Assembly (NCBI GenBank): GCA_963751275.1
Contig: CAVVTZ010000014.1
Location: 1-64,000, forward strand
Direction of reading: 5' to 3'
DNA from: an uncultured Gemmatimonadaceae bacterium
GTDB lineage: Bacteria > Gemmatimonadota > Gemmatimonadetes > Gemmatimonadales > Gemmatimonadaceae
DNA length: 64,000 nucleotides
Within the stretch, counting starts at the first letter, position 1; each line of letters begins with the position of its first letter. A program made the translations under genes and the position numbers. The notes beneath the pieces are model-generated. The model saw nothing but the letters and a program-made list of their open reading frames with translations, searched no databases and had not been told where the DNA came from. This document shows, in pieces, positions 44,603 to 55,497 of the stretch.

Positions 44603-45461
44603 TCAGAACTCCAGATGCTTGAGGTAGGCGTAACTCGCCGCGATCGACTTGTACGCATCGCCCGGCTCGTCGTGCTCCACGAAGTAGTGCTTGATGCCCG
44701 CCTGCTTGCTCTGCCTGAAGATCTTCTTCCAGTCCATGACGCCGGCGCCCACGTCGTGCATCTCGTACTTGGGCGCGGGCCCCGCATCCTTCACGTGCAC
44801 GAGCGGGAATCGTCCGGGCCACTTCGGCGAACCACGCGAGCGGATCCTGTCCGGCGCTGGTGATCCAGTAGAGATCCATCTCGAACACCACGCCGGAACC
44901 GGCGGTGCGGTCGAGCATCACCTCGAGCCCCGTCTTTCCGTCGAGCGGCTCGAATTCGTAGTTGTGATTATGGTAGCCGAGCGTGATCCCCGCCGCCGCG
45001 GCCGTGCGGCTCGCGCTGATGAGCGTATCCGCCGCTGCGCGGTAGCTCTGCTGCGACACGCGGTCGTCGTCGTCCAGTGACGCCACAATGAGGTAGCTCA
45101 TGCCCATGGTGCGCGCGTCCTCGAGCGTGCGGGGCCAGTCCGCGGCCCGCACGGTGGCGATGTCGATGTGCGACGAGGGGGCGGTGAGTCCATTGGCATC
45201 GAGCGCTTTGCGGATCTGCTGCGGCGTGCGGGCGAAGTAGCCGGCGAACTCCACTTCCTTGTAGCCGATCTGCGCGACGCGCGCGAGCGTCCGGTCCACG
45301 TCCTTGGCCATCTGGTCGCGCACGGTATAGAGCTGGAGACCGATCCGCTTGATGCGTTCCGTCCGCTCGCGCGGCTCGAGCGCGTGCAGCAGGCGCGGCG
45401 CGAGCGCGCCGGCCGCGAGCGCGGCACCCGCGCGCCGCAGGAAATCCCGGCGATCGGTCAC
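44603..45461 (-). CDS. Sugar phosphate isomerase/epimerase family TIM barrel (Tat); apparent frameshift near 44820
   Basis: DRRDFL; GLQLYTVRD, EVEFAG, GYHNHNYEF, FEMDLYW, HVKD, YFVEHD. Confidence 0.88.
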
Positions 45462-46543
45462 GGCTTGGGCGTCACGTACGCCGGCGGCTCGGCTGAGACT
45501 TCGCCCACCACCACGAGCGCCGCGCCCTTCCACATGCTCGGCACGCCGCGGATGAACGTGATCACGCCGCTCACCGGCGCCGTCACGTCGCCGGTGGGGC
45601 GGCCCAGATAGTCGGTGGTGTAGCCCACTTTCGCGCCGGCGATCACATACTGGCCGCGGAGCGCGGTGGCGTAGAAGATGCCGGGTCCGGCGGCGGCGAC
45701 GCGCTGGTCGTTGGACACCCACACCGGATGCGCGCGCGGCGGCGCCGCGCGCGCGATCATCTTCATCGAACCCATCACGTTCAGACACCCATCGATGAGC
45801 GCGCTCACATCCTCGGGCGAAGACACGCCGGAGCGTCCCGCCTCCGCGACCACGGCGAGCTTGCCCAGCGACACCGCGTAGCTGCTGAGATTGCGCCGGC
45901 CTTCGGGCTTCGTGACGTCCACGTCGAAGAGGATGATGTATTCGAGGCCGAAGACGAGCGCGAGCTGTTTGTTCGCGGAGTCGAGCTTGGCGTCGCCCGT
46001 GCGCATCCAGTAGCTGTAGGGGCGCAGGTCCTCGTCCAGGTCGCCGCCGTGGAGGTCGACCACCGCGTCGGCCGGCTTCACGATCTGCTCCGCGACGACG
46101 CCGAGCGCGCGTTGCGTGATCGTGCCGGCGGGATCGCCGGGATAGAAGCCGTTCATGCTCTTGTGATCGATAGGATTCACGTGGACGATCATCCCTTCGA
46201 AGCTGCGGACATTGAGCAGCGGCGCGACGATCACCGTGCCGGCGAGCGTCTTGGGATCGATCCGCGCGATGATCTGCGAGAGTGCGATGATCGAGGCGTA
46301 CTCGGTGCCATGCGCGCCGGCGACGAGCGCCAAGACGGGGCCGGGCTTGGCGCCGTGGATCACCGCCACCGGCATTGAAGTTCCGCTATCGATTCCGGGG
46401 GGAACGATGAGGGCGCCATACGCCACGTCGCCGCGCTTGGCGGTGGCGGTGCCGACGGTGAAGGTGGGGTGGGGATCGGGGTGCTGAGCACTGAGCGGCG
46501 CGATGGCTACTGCGAGGGCGAGTACTGCGACCGAATATCTCAT
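45458..46543 (-). CDS. Exported succinylglutamate desuccinylase/aspartoacylase (M14-like) family protein
   Basis: Signal peptide; AGAHGTEY, VDLHGG, EAG; C-terminal APVSG barrel. Confidence 0.85.
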   Translation of the reverse strand: MRYSVAVLALAVAIAPLSAQHPDPHPTFTVGTATAKRGDVAYGALIVPPGIDSGTSMPVAVIHGAKPGPVLALVAGAHGTEYASIIALSQIIARIDPKTLAGTVIVAPLLNVRSFEGMIVHVNPIDHKSMNGFYPGDPAGTITQRALGVVAEQIVKPADAVVDLHGGDLDEDLRPYSYWMRTGDAKLDSANKQLALVFGLEYIILFDVDVTKPEGRRNLSSYAVSLGKLAVVAEAGRSGVSSPEDVSALIDGCLNVMGSMKMIARAAPPRAHPVWVSNDQRVAAAGPGIFYATALRGQYVIAGAKVGYTTDYLGRPTGDVTAPVSGVITFIRGVPSMWKGAALVVVGEVSAEPPAYVTPKP

Positions 46544-46577
46544 TCGCAGAGTATGCGGCTCGCCTCGTCAAACGGCA

Positions 46578-46687
46578 ACGACCGGGAACCGATTGCCGGG
46601 AGACGATGAGGCATGACAATCAATGCCGTTGTACTACGGAATTGGTTGTTATGCCTCATCGACTCCCGGCAATCGGTTCCCGGCCGT
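46578..46687. repeat. Palindrome P2, same family as P1
   Basis: ACGACCGGGAACCGATTGCCGGGAGACGATGAGGCATGACAA...TTGTTATGCCTCATCGACTCCCGGCAATCGGTTCCCGG. Confidence 0.9.
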
Positions 46688-46693
46688 AGCAAG

Positions 46694-47473
46694 TTACGCC
46701 CCCGCCGTGAACCCTGAGAACGTGAAGCGATACGCAGCGGCCGTGGAGTCGTACGCCGCATGGAACGTGCGCGGATACGGGCCCGTGATGCCCGGGATCG
46801 CCGGGATCGGGAGATCGAAGGATTTCTTCTCCATCAGCATCGTCTTCGAGAGCATCGGTTCGATGAAGATCGGTTTCCCCTTGTAGTAGCCGATCACCAT
46901 CGAGCCGTTGAACGGCGTCGTGCTCGCCAGCTCGGAGCCGAGCATGGAGTGCATCCCCATCCCCGGCACGCAGAGACCGACGAGCGTGTCGACCTTGAGC
47001 ATCTTCGCCACGGGCGGCGGAAGCGGGACGTCGGGGAGCTGGTATCCCGGCGCGAGCGCGGCGGGCTTCGAGAGGTCCTTACAATCGATGGCCGCGATCT
47101 CCTCGGGGGAGATCAGATTGAAGTGGAAGTCGAAGTGCGGCGTGAGGTACGGGCCTGGCGGGTGGCCGTCTGGCTCCCAGAAGGTGGTGATCCCGTAGAA
47201 GCCCGTCTGGGCCTGCGAGCCGGCGGGCATCTTGGGCGACGACTCCGACACGGGGGGCCACGCCATGGGCGCGGTCTTCGGCGCGTTCTCGATGCTCGCG
47301 ATCGGCACCGTCGCGCCCGCCTCGATCACCGTGGCGCCCTGCGTGCGCGTCCACGTGCAGATCTGGGCCTGGTTGAAGTCGGTGCACTCTCCCTTCACAT
47401 CCACGATGGCGGCTTCCTTCTTGGCGCACGCGGTGAGCGCGACCGCGGCGGCGGCCAGCAGGTACGGACGCAT
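46694..47473 (-). CDS. Lipoprotein, DUF5602/TTHB210-like
   Basis: Lipobox LTAC; WEPDGHPP...PHFDFHF, VPGMGMH, IGYYKGKPIFIEPM. Confidence 0.6.
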   Translation of the reverse strand: MRPYLLAAAAVALTACAKKEAAIVDVKGECTDFNQAQICTWTRTQGATVIEAGATVPIASIENAPKTAPMAWPPVSESSPKMPAGSQAQTGFYGITTFWEPDGHPPGPYLTPHFDFHFNLISPEEIAAIDCKDLSKPAALAPGYQLPDVPLPPPVAKMLKVDTLVGLCVPGMGMHSMLGSELASTTPFNGSMVIGYYKGKPIFIEPMLSKTMLMEKKSFDLPIPAIPGITGPYPRTFHAAYDSTAAAYRFTFSGFTAGA

Positions 47474-47622
47474 CTTCGCTCCTGAGGAGGGGGGACGACT
47501 GGTGCTCGGACGGGGGCGATTATACGGGGCGCCGGCGCGAAGCACAATACATCGAGATGTTCCCACGCTGCGGCGGTGGCGCGGAATCGCTAGCTTCTTC
47601 CCTTCCTCACGCCCACGTCACC

Positions 47623-49282
47623 ATGCGCACGCTCCGCCCGCTGATCCTGATCGCCGCCATCTCTGCTGGCGGGATCCGCCGCCGCCCAGGCCGACACACT
47701 CTTCACGCACGCCGACACGCTGCGCGGTTCGAACACACCGCAGCGCGCGTGGTGGGATGCGTCGTTCTACGACCTGCATGTCACGGTGCATCCCGCCGAC
47801 AGTTCGATCAGCGGCTGGAACGGGATCACGTACCGCGTGCTCGCGGCGCCGGCGATGAAGACGGAGCAGATGCAGATCGATCTGCAAGTGCCGCTCGAGA
47901 TCGACAGCATCATCGCGATGGGGAAGCGTCTCACCGCGCGCCGCGATGGGAATGCATTCTTCGTCACCCTGCCCGCGACGCCAGCGGCCGGAACCACCGG
48001 CACGCTCGCCGTCTTCTTCCACGGCAAGCCGCGCGCCGCCAAGCGACCGCCCTGGGACGGCGGACTCATCTGGCAGCACGACTCCCTCGGCCGCACCTGG
48101 ACCGCCACCGCCAATCAGGGACTCGGCGCCAGCGTCTGGTGGCCGAACAAGGACTACGGCGCCGACGAGCCCGACAGCCAGCGCATCGCCATCACCGTGC
48201 CCGATTCGATGTTCGATGTCTCCAACGGCCGCCTGCGCACCATCGTGCATCACGCCGACGGAAGCACGACGTACGAGTGGTTCGTCGTGAGCCCCATCAA
48301 CAATTACGACGTGGAGATCAACGCCGGACAGTACGCGCACTACAGTGAACTGTACTGGGGCGAGAAGGGCCCGCTCACGATGGACTTCTGGCCGCTCGCC
48401 TACCACCTCGACGCGGCGCGCGCGCAGTGGCCGCAGGCCATTTCCATGATGCGCTGCTTCGAGTGGTGGTTCGGGCCGTACCCGTTCTACGAGGATGGAT
48501 ACAAGCTCGTCGAAGCGCCGCACCTGGGCATGGAGCATCAGAGCGGAACGGCTTACGGGAATGGCTACAAGAACGGCTACCGCGGCCGCGATCTCTCGGC
48601 CACCGGCTGGGGCACGAAATGGGACTTCATCATCGTGCACGAGAGCGCGCATGAATGGTGGGGGAACAGCATCACCGCCAAGGACGGCGCGGACGAGTGG
48701 ATCCACGAGAGCTTCGCGAACTATTCGGAGGCGCTGTACACCGAATGTCTCTATGGAAAGGCGGCCGGCGCGGAATACCAGCGCGGCACGCGAGTGCTCA
48801 TCAAGAACGACTCGCCCATCATCAATGGGCATTACGGCGTGAACCGGGGCGGTCCGCTCGACACGTACTACAAGGGCGGCAACGTGCTGCACACCATCCG
48901 CCAGGTGGTGAACAACGATTCCGTGTGGCGCGCGACGCTGCGCGGGCTGCAGGCCACGTTCTACCACCAGACCGTCACCACCGCACAGATCGAGAGCTAC
49001 ATGAGCGCGCACACCGGCGTGGACCTCTCAAAGATCTTCGACCAGTACTTGCGCACGACCATGGTGCCGGTGTTCGAGTACAGCATCGCCAACGGCGAAC
49101 TCAAGTACCGCTGGACGAACGTCGTTCCCGGCTTCGCGATGCCGTTGCGTGTGACGCTCAGCGACGCGAAGTACGGATGGGTCACGCCCACCACTGAGTG
49201 GCAGACGACGCCCGTACATCTCGACGTGCCGGCGGCGTTCACGGTGGACGAGAATTTCTACATTAAGGTCGAACGGCGCTGA
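47623..49282 (+). CDS. M1 family metallo-aminopeptidase, exported; apparent frameshift near 47680
   Basis: FTHADTLRG; GASVWWP, LGMEHQS, HESAHEWWGN, WIHESFANY. Confidence 0.9.
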
Positions 49283-49285
49283 ACG

Positions 49286-49339
49286 GCAGGCTGTCGGCTG
49301 TCGGCTGTCACCCGCAACAGCCGACAGCCGACAGCCTGC
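49286..49339. repeat. (GGCTGTC)n heptamer palindrome between convergent genes
   Basis: GCAGGCTGTCGGCTGTCGGCTGT...ACAGCCGACAGCCGACAGCCTGC. Confidence 0.88.
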
Positions 49340-49342
49340 ATT

Positions 49343-50776
49343 TCACATGTGCGGATACCCGTTCACGATTTGCCGTAGCGAGTCCCCACTGCTCAGCCGC
49401 GCGTACCATTTCGTGGTCAGATACCACTCCGAGAAGATCGCGTCGCTCGCCGGGCTCGCGTGATGGAACGCGGCCTGTAGGTCCGCGCCGGTGGTGCCCG
49501 TCGTCTTGTAGCGCTGGTAGAAATCGCGATACGCGGCGTCGAACGTGTCAGGACCGAGCGTCGTGTACAGGGCGTCGAACATCGCGAAGCCCACCGAGTA
49601 CGAGAGGTCCGTCAGTTCGCGCTTCCCGTAATCCGCGAACGGCACGCTGGCGCACGGCACGGTCTGACACACGCGCTGAATGATCTGCTGCGAACGGTCG
49701 AGACGCGCATCCCAGTTCGACCACCCGTCGAGCTGCGCCGCCATGCGGTACTGCAGGAACATCGCGAGCCCTTCGTTCCAGCGCGGCAATGGCGTGTCGA
49801 GATCCTCGACATTCCACAGGTGCGACAGCTCGTGATATAGCTGCGGCAGCTGGGTTCGGTCGCGGAATGCGTCCGCGGTCTGGATGATCCCGCCCGCGAG
49901 ACTGGCCTGCGAGCCCCAGCCTTCGGGGATCTCGATCACGGTGAGACCGGCGTTCGCGCCGATCGGCCCGAACCATGCCGCGAACTGCGTCATCGCGCCG
50001 GCGACGGCGCGGTCGATCATCTGCGCACCCGACGAATCGGCCGGGAAATAGAATACGTGCAGTCCCGGCCGGTCGATCACGCGAAAGCGTGCGATCGCGA
50101 TGTTCATCGTCGGCGATGGCATCGTGCCCCGGTAACGCCACGTGACGAGCGAGTCGTGATGCTCAACAGGGAGCTGCTCGCCGCCCGTCGCGGCGACGAA
50201 CCCATCCGGCACGGTGACGCGCGCGCTGAAGGCGAAGGGAGGATAGCCGTGCGCGCGATTCAGCCGACTCGAGGGGACGCCGAGCACCGGGTAGGCGTAC
50301 GCATCCTCGCGAATGATCGTGAATGCGGTGTCGACGTGATCCTGGATGTAGAGCGAACCCGTTTCGGCGTAGCCGGTGAGATGTCCGCCGAAGTGCACGA
50401 CGATCGCGACGGAGTCCCCCGGCCCGACCGGCCGCGGCAGCGTTATGGTCGCCGCGTTCACTTGCAGGAGCGAGTCATCCTCGAAGAGCACGACGTCCTG
50501 CCGGAAGCGCAGCGCCTTCGCGCTCGCGCCGGTCACGCGCGCGACCTGCATGAGCCGATTGAGCAGCAGCGGGACGTTCGACACCGGCTGTTTTCCGGCG
50601 TTCACCAGTTCGAGCGTCTCGCTGCCTGCCACCGAGCCCTGCTCATAATCCACGCGGACGTCCAGCGCCCGGCTCGTCACGGCGAGCGGCGTCGCGACGG
50701 CATGTTGCGCTCGCAGCTCACGCGCCGGCGCGAGCAGCACCAAGCCAAGGAGAACCACCATCGCACGGCGAGTCAT
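49343..50776 (-). CDS. Exported gluzincin (M1-like) metallopeptidase
   Basis: Signal peptide; YHELSHLWN followed by WNEGLA. Confidence 0.75.
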   Translation of the reverse strand: MTRRAMVVLLGLVLLAPARELRAQHAVATPLAVTSRALDVRVDYEQGSVAGSETLELVNAGKQPVSNVPLLLNRLMQVARVTGASAKALRFRQDVVLFEDDSLLQVNAATITLPRPVGPGDSVAIVVHFGGHLTGYAETGSLYIQDHVDTAFTIIREDAYAYPVLGVPSSRLNRAHGYPPFAFSARVTVPDGFVAATGGEQLPVEHHDSLVTWRYRGTMPSPTMNIAIARFRVIDRPGLHVFYFPADSSGAQMIDRAVAGAMTQFAAWFGPIGANAGLTVIEIPEGWGSQASLAGGIIQTADAFRDRTQLPQLYHELSHLWNVEDLDTPLPRWNEGLAMFLQYRMAAQLDGWSNWDARLDRSQQIIQRVCQTVPCASVPFADYGKRELTDLSYSVGFAMFDALYTTLGPDTFDAAYRDFYQRYKTTGTTGADLQAAFHHASPASDAIFSEWYLTTKWYARLSSGDSLRQIVNGYPHM

Positions 50777-50882
50777 GTGCCACCACCGGATGAACGGGTC
50801 GCCCCAACTATCGGGCCGCGCTCTCACGCTGGTATGGCACTTTTCCCGACCGGGCCGTTGCTTGCGGGTGCGCCGGGGGCCG

Positions 50883-50953
50883 GACTTGGACGCTTGACCT
50901 GGACGCTAGAGACCAGAACCGAGTTCCAGCGTCCAAGTCTAACGTCTCAGTCT
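50883..50953. repeat. Imperfect palindrome of 13-nt subunits
   Basis: GACTTGGACGCTT GACCTGGACGCTA ... AGCGTCCAAGTCT AACGTCTCAGTCT. Confidence 0.7.
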
Positions 50954-50957
50954 GCAG

Positions 50958-51909
50958 TCAGAGCGGGATCTCTCCCTTGTGCCTCGCCAGCCACGTGTCG
51001 AAGTTCTGCAGCTCCGGATTCAGCGCGCGCGCCACCTTGGGATCGCGCACCGCGCAGTAGTCCTTCTCGAAGTCGCGCTTGAACTGGAACATGTTCCCCA
51101 TGTCATCCGCGCCGGGGAATCCGAAGCTCCGGTACATCGCCGGCGTGACTTCGTTGTACGCGACCGGCTTCCCCAGCGCCTTCGTGAACGCGGCCGCCAT
51201 CTGCGCGCCGGTGAGCTGCTCGCCGGAGATGCCGAGCGTCGTGCCGGCCAGTTCATCGCCGCGCTTGAAGATGCCGAGCGCGCACTTGCCGATGTCCTCG
51301 GCGGCGATCCCGGGAAGCTTGGCGCGGCCCATCGGCATCGTGAGCGCCAGCTTCCCATCGGGCCCCGGTTTGGGACCCGCGCCGAGATGGATGAAGTTGT
51401 CCCAGTAGAACGACGTCAGCAGGAACGTGGTGGGGACGCCGAGTTCCCGGAAATATTCGTCGGCCTCCGCCTTGGCGTCGAAGTGTGCGACCTTGTATTT
51501 GCCCTGCAGCGTGGGCATGCGCGTGTCCTCGAGCGGGATCCACTTGCGCGTGTCCTCGAAGGTGGACCAGATCGCGTGCCTCACGCCGGCGTCCTGCGCC
51601 GCGTTGGCCATGTTGTTCGCCTCGGCCTTCTCGCGCTCGGGATCCATGTGATCCCAGAAGAAGGTGACGCAGAACGCGCCGTGCGCGCCGGCGAAGGCCT
51701 TCTCCATGGCTCTTGAGGTCGTCCACGTTCGCGGCGACGACGTCGGCGCCGAGCGCGGCGAGCGCGCGCGCTTTCTCGGAATTCGGATCGCGCGTGATGG
51801 CGCGCACGCTGAACGCGCTGTTCTTGTCGTTGAGGATGGCGCGGGCGAGCCCCCCGCCCTGCGCGCCGGTGGCGCCGACGACGGCGATGATCTTTTTCTT
51901 GTCTGGCAT
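50958..51909 (-). CDS. NmrA/HSCARG family protein; apparent frameshift near 51710
   Basis: AVVGATGAQGGG, VRAITRDP, GAFCVTFFW, HFDAKAE. Confidence 0.9.
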
Positions 51910-51989
51910 GGTATGCCTCGTGAATACGTTGAGCTAGCTGCCCTCGCTTCAAGATATCATCCCGCGGCTCCGGCGGGCGACGCACTCCC

Positions 51990-52265
51990 TCGCAGCGGCC
52001 GACGCTCAAACCGCTTCGAGCCTCGCGCACACTGCGCGCGAGTCTCTCGCTTTTCGCTGAGGCCGCGCTCGGGAGCGCGCCGCCCGCCTGGGGATCGAGA
52101 ACTACAACAGCTTGCGCCGCTCGTGATCGACGTCAGGGAGCGGTGCCGTCCGAGGCGCAGCCGCGTCGCGAAAAGCAAGAGACTCGCGCGCCGTTCAGCC
52201 GCGAGGCTCGCAGCGTGTAAGCGCGTAAAGGCGGCGAGCACGAGGGCGGCGCCGCGACCGGCCGC
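51990..52265. repeat. Inverted pair of repeat family A
   Basis: CGAGCCTCGCG..GCGCGCGAGTCTCTCGCTTTTCGC facing GCGAAAAGCAAGAGACTCGCGCGC..CGCGAGGCTCG. Confidence 0.7.
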
Positions 52266-52276
52266 GCGATGACTTC

Positions 52277-54728
52277 CTACTCCGCGCGCAGGGCCGTGAG
52301 CGGGTCGGTGGAAGCGGCCCGGCGCGCCGGGAGATAGCTCGCCAGCAGCGCGACCGCGCCCAATGCCGCGGGCACGATCGCGAAGACGAACGCATCGGTG
52401 GCGCTCACGCCGAACAGGAACGGTGTCATCGCGCGCGCGGCGGCGGCGGAGAGCGCGAGGCCGATCGCGAGGCCGATCGCGATGATCCGCACGCCATCGC
52501 GCAGCACCAGCCGCATCACGTTCGCGCGGTCGGCGCCGAGCGCCATGCGCACGCCGATCTCGCGCGTGCGCTGGCTCACCGAGTAGGCGATCACGCCGTA
52601 GAGGCCAGCCGTCGCGAGCAACAGCCCGAGCAATCCCATGACCGCGGTCACGGCGGCGGCGACGCGCTGCGGGAGGAGGGCCACGCTCGTGGCGGCTTCC
52701 ATCGTGAGCACGGCGGGTGCGGGCAGCAACGGATCCGCCCTCCGCACGGCATCGCGGATCACCGGCGTGAGCGCCGCCGCGTCGCCGGAGGTGCGCACCA
52801 GCAGGTTCACTTCCGGCCGCCAATTCTGCGCGAGCGGGAGATACATGTACGGCATGGGCGCTTCGTTCAGCGAACTGTACTTCGCGTCGCGCGCCACGCC
52901 GACGATCGTCACGATAGTCTTGCCGTCGCGCAGCGTCCGGCCGATCGGGTCCTTGCCCGGCCAGAAGTGCCGCGCGAAGGTCTCGTTCACCACCGCCACG
53001 TGCGCGGCCGACTCGCCATCGGACGCGAGCAGTCCGCGCCCGCGCACGAGCGGGATCCGCAGCACATCGAGGAACCCGGGCGAAACGATCGCGAAATCGA
53101 TGTTCACCTCGCCGTGGCGCGACTCCGCGCGCGGCGGATCGTAGCCGTCCACGGTCATCGACGTGCTCGAGCGGCTGTTGGTGAGCGGCAGCGTGCGGCT
53201 GTACCCCACGGCCGTGACGCCGGGCACCGCCGCGAGGCGCGCCGCGAGCACATCATAGAACGTGCGCGGCGCGCGCCTCGCTGTAACCCGACGTGTTCAC
53301 CGCCACCGGCGCGGTCGCGACCCCGCTCCGGTCGAAGCCCGGATCCACCCGCTGCCCGCGCCCCAGCGCGCGCACGAAGAGGCCGGCGCACACGAGCAGC
53401 ACGAGCGACAGCGCCATCTGCCCGATCACCAGCGCGTTCCGCGTGCGCGACCGGCGCGTGCCCGCCCCCGCGCTGTCGCTGCGCAGCGAGACGCTCGGAT
53501 CGCTCCGCGTGGCCTGCAGCGCCGGCGCGAGACCGAACACGATGCCGGTGATGAGCGCGGCGCCGAGCGCGAAGATCAGTACGCGAATGTCCGGCGCGAG
53601 ATCCACCGCGATCGGCAGCTCGGCGGGCAACTGGATCGTGTCGAACAGGTGCACGCTGCCGAACGCGATCAGGAGACCGCCAGCAGCGCCCGCGATGAAC
53701 AGCACGAGGCTCTCCGTGAGCATCTGCGACACGAGCCGCCCGCGCCCGGCGCCCAGCGCGATCCGCACCGCCATCTCGCGCCGCCGCGTCGTGGCGCGCG
53801 CGAGGAGCATGCCGGCCACGTTGACGCTCGCGATCACGAGCACCAGCGCCGACATCGCGAACAGCAGCCCGACGAACGCGTAGATCGCGCCGCTCGCATC
53901 CGCCGGGAATCCGGTCACCCGCGACAGCGCGACGCCCGTGAACGCCTGCAGGTCCTCCGGTTCCTCGCTCCGGTGCGCCGCCGAGATCGCCACCAGCTCG
54001 GCGCGCGCGCGGTCGATCGTGACGCCGTCGTTCAGCCGCCCGAACATCACGAGCCAGCCCGAGCCGGCGCTCGCGAGGATGCCCGCGCCGCGTCCCAGCG
54101 CCTCGGCCTGCATGAGCGGAACCCAGGCGTCGGTGCGGATCACCGGATAGACGCCGGTGAATCGCTTCGGCGCGACGCCGATCACCGTGTACGGAGAGCC
54201 GTTCACGATCACCGACCGGCCCACGACCCCGGAGTCTCCGCCGAAACGCCGCTGCCAGAAGCCGTGGCTCAGCACGATCACGGGATGCGCGCCGGGTGTG
54301 CGCGACTCGTCGGGCGAGAAGAAGCGGCCGAGCGCGGGGCGAACGCCGAGCACGTCGAAGTAATTCGCGGAGGCGAGATTCCCGAGCGCGGACGTGCCTT
54401 CCGCGCCGGTGCTGATGGTGAGTTGGATCAGGTCCCACGCGGCGACGCCGCGAAGCGAGTGCGACTCGTCACGCGTGTGCGAGTAGAACGGATACGAAGG
54501 GGTGAGCGATCCGCGGCCGTCACCCTGCGTGCGTCCGATCTCCACGAGGCGGCCCGGCTCGGCGGCGCCGGGAATGGGGCGGAGGATCACCGCGTTCGCC
54601 GCGCAAAAGATGGTCGTCACGGCGCCACTGCCGAGCGCGATGACGAGAACGGCGACAATGGTGAAGGCCGGGCTCTTCCGCAGCATGCGGAGGGCGTAGC
54701 GCAGGTCGGTCGTGACATTCGCAAGCAT
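52277..54728 (-). CDS. Duplicated MacB/FtsX-type ABC permease (ADOP-like); apparent frameshift near 53260
   Basis: DLRYALRMLRKSPAFT, RRREMAVRIALGAGR, QRTREIGVRMALGA, PARRAASTDPLTALRAE. Confidence 0.9.
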
Positions 54729-54807
54729 GCAGGCTCCGCCAGGTTGCCGTATGCCAAGGCCTACGGCGCGGCGCACCTGGCGGTTTCCTTCCCGGCAGCG
54801 CTCAATA

Positions 54808-54929
54808 AGTCGTTAGTCGTACGCGTTTGGTCCGCGGCATGACAACGGATGACGTACGACTCTCGACCTCGCTCTCGCACCACACCATTCGTTGTCATGC
54901 CGCGGACTAAACGCGTACGACCAACGACT
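54808..54929. repeat. Palindrome P4: outer arms as in P3, inner GGCATGACAAC module as in P1/P2
   Basis: AGTCGTTAGTCGTACGCGTTTGGTCCGCGGCATGACAACG...CGTTGTCATGCCGCGGACTAAACGCGTACGACCAACGACT. Confidence 0.9.
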
Positions 54930-54947
54930 CATGGTTCGACGCGTGCC

Positions 54948-55493
54948 TCAGCCATTCCCCAATGTGAGCCGCTCGATCCCACCGGTCAACGAATCGCCGT
55001 CGTAGTCGAGGAAGACCGATCCTTCGGTGACGGTCATCGAGAACTTCACCCGGCGGTCGAGGCGGCTCACGAAGCCGTCGAGCAGATCGCGGTCCACGGC
55101 GTATAACTCGAGCGACTCCGCGCGGTGGATCTTCTCCCCCTCGTACGCGCGCAGGAAGAGCCGCGGATCCTTGTGCGTGTACACCGCCACGCGCGGGCTC
55201 GCCTTGCTCGCCTTGTGCAGGCGCGCCGCGTCGGGAGCGCCGACCTCTATCCACGCCTTGAGCGCGCCGGTGAGATCGCGCACGGTGATGGCGGGCTCAT
55301 CGGGCTCGCTCAGTCCCTTCGAGAACGCGATCCCTTCCGCGTACTCCAGGCAATACGCGAGCACGCGCGTCGCGAGGAATTCCTCGGACTCCGACGGATG
55401 CTGCGCCGCCTTGATCGCCAATGTCTCGTACACCCCGCGGTCGATGTGGCTGAGCGCCACATTGAAGTTGTACATCGTGGACGTCAGCGCCAC
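54948..55493 (-). CDS. yaeQ: YaeQ family protein
   Basis: ALTSTMYNF, DRGVY, AQHPSESEE, FSKGLSEPDEP, WIEVGAPD. Confidence 0.88.
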   Translation of the reverse strand: MALTSTMYNFNVALSHIDRGVYETLAIKAAQHPSESEEFLATRVLAYCLEYAEGIAFSKGLSEPDEPAITVRDLTGALKAWIEVGAPDAARLHKASKASPRVAVYTHKDPRLFLRAYEGEKIHRAESLELYAVDRDLLDGFVSRLDRRVKFSMTVTEGSVFLDYDGDSLTGGIERLTLGNG

Positions 55494-55497
55494 GCGG

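Noticed and set aside
39537..54929. Integron attC sites for P3/P4 and relatives
   Set aside because: The ends run GTT...AAC rather than RYYYAAC...GTTRRRY, flanking genes are not a co-oriented array, and no intI is present
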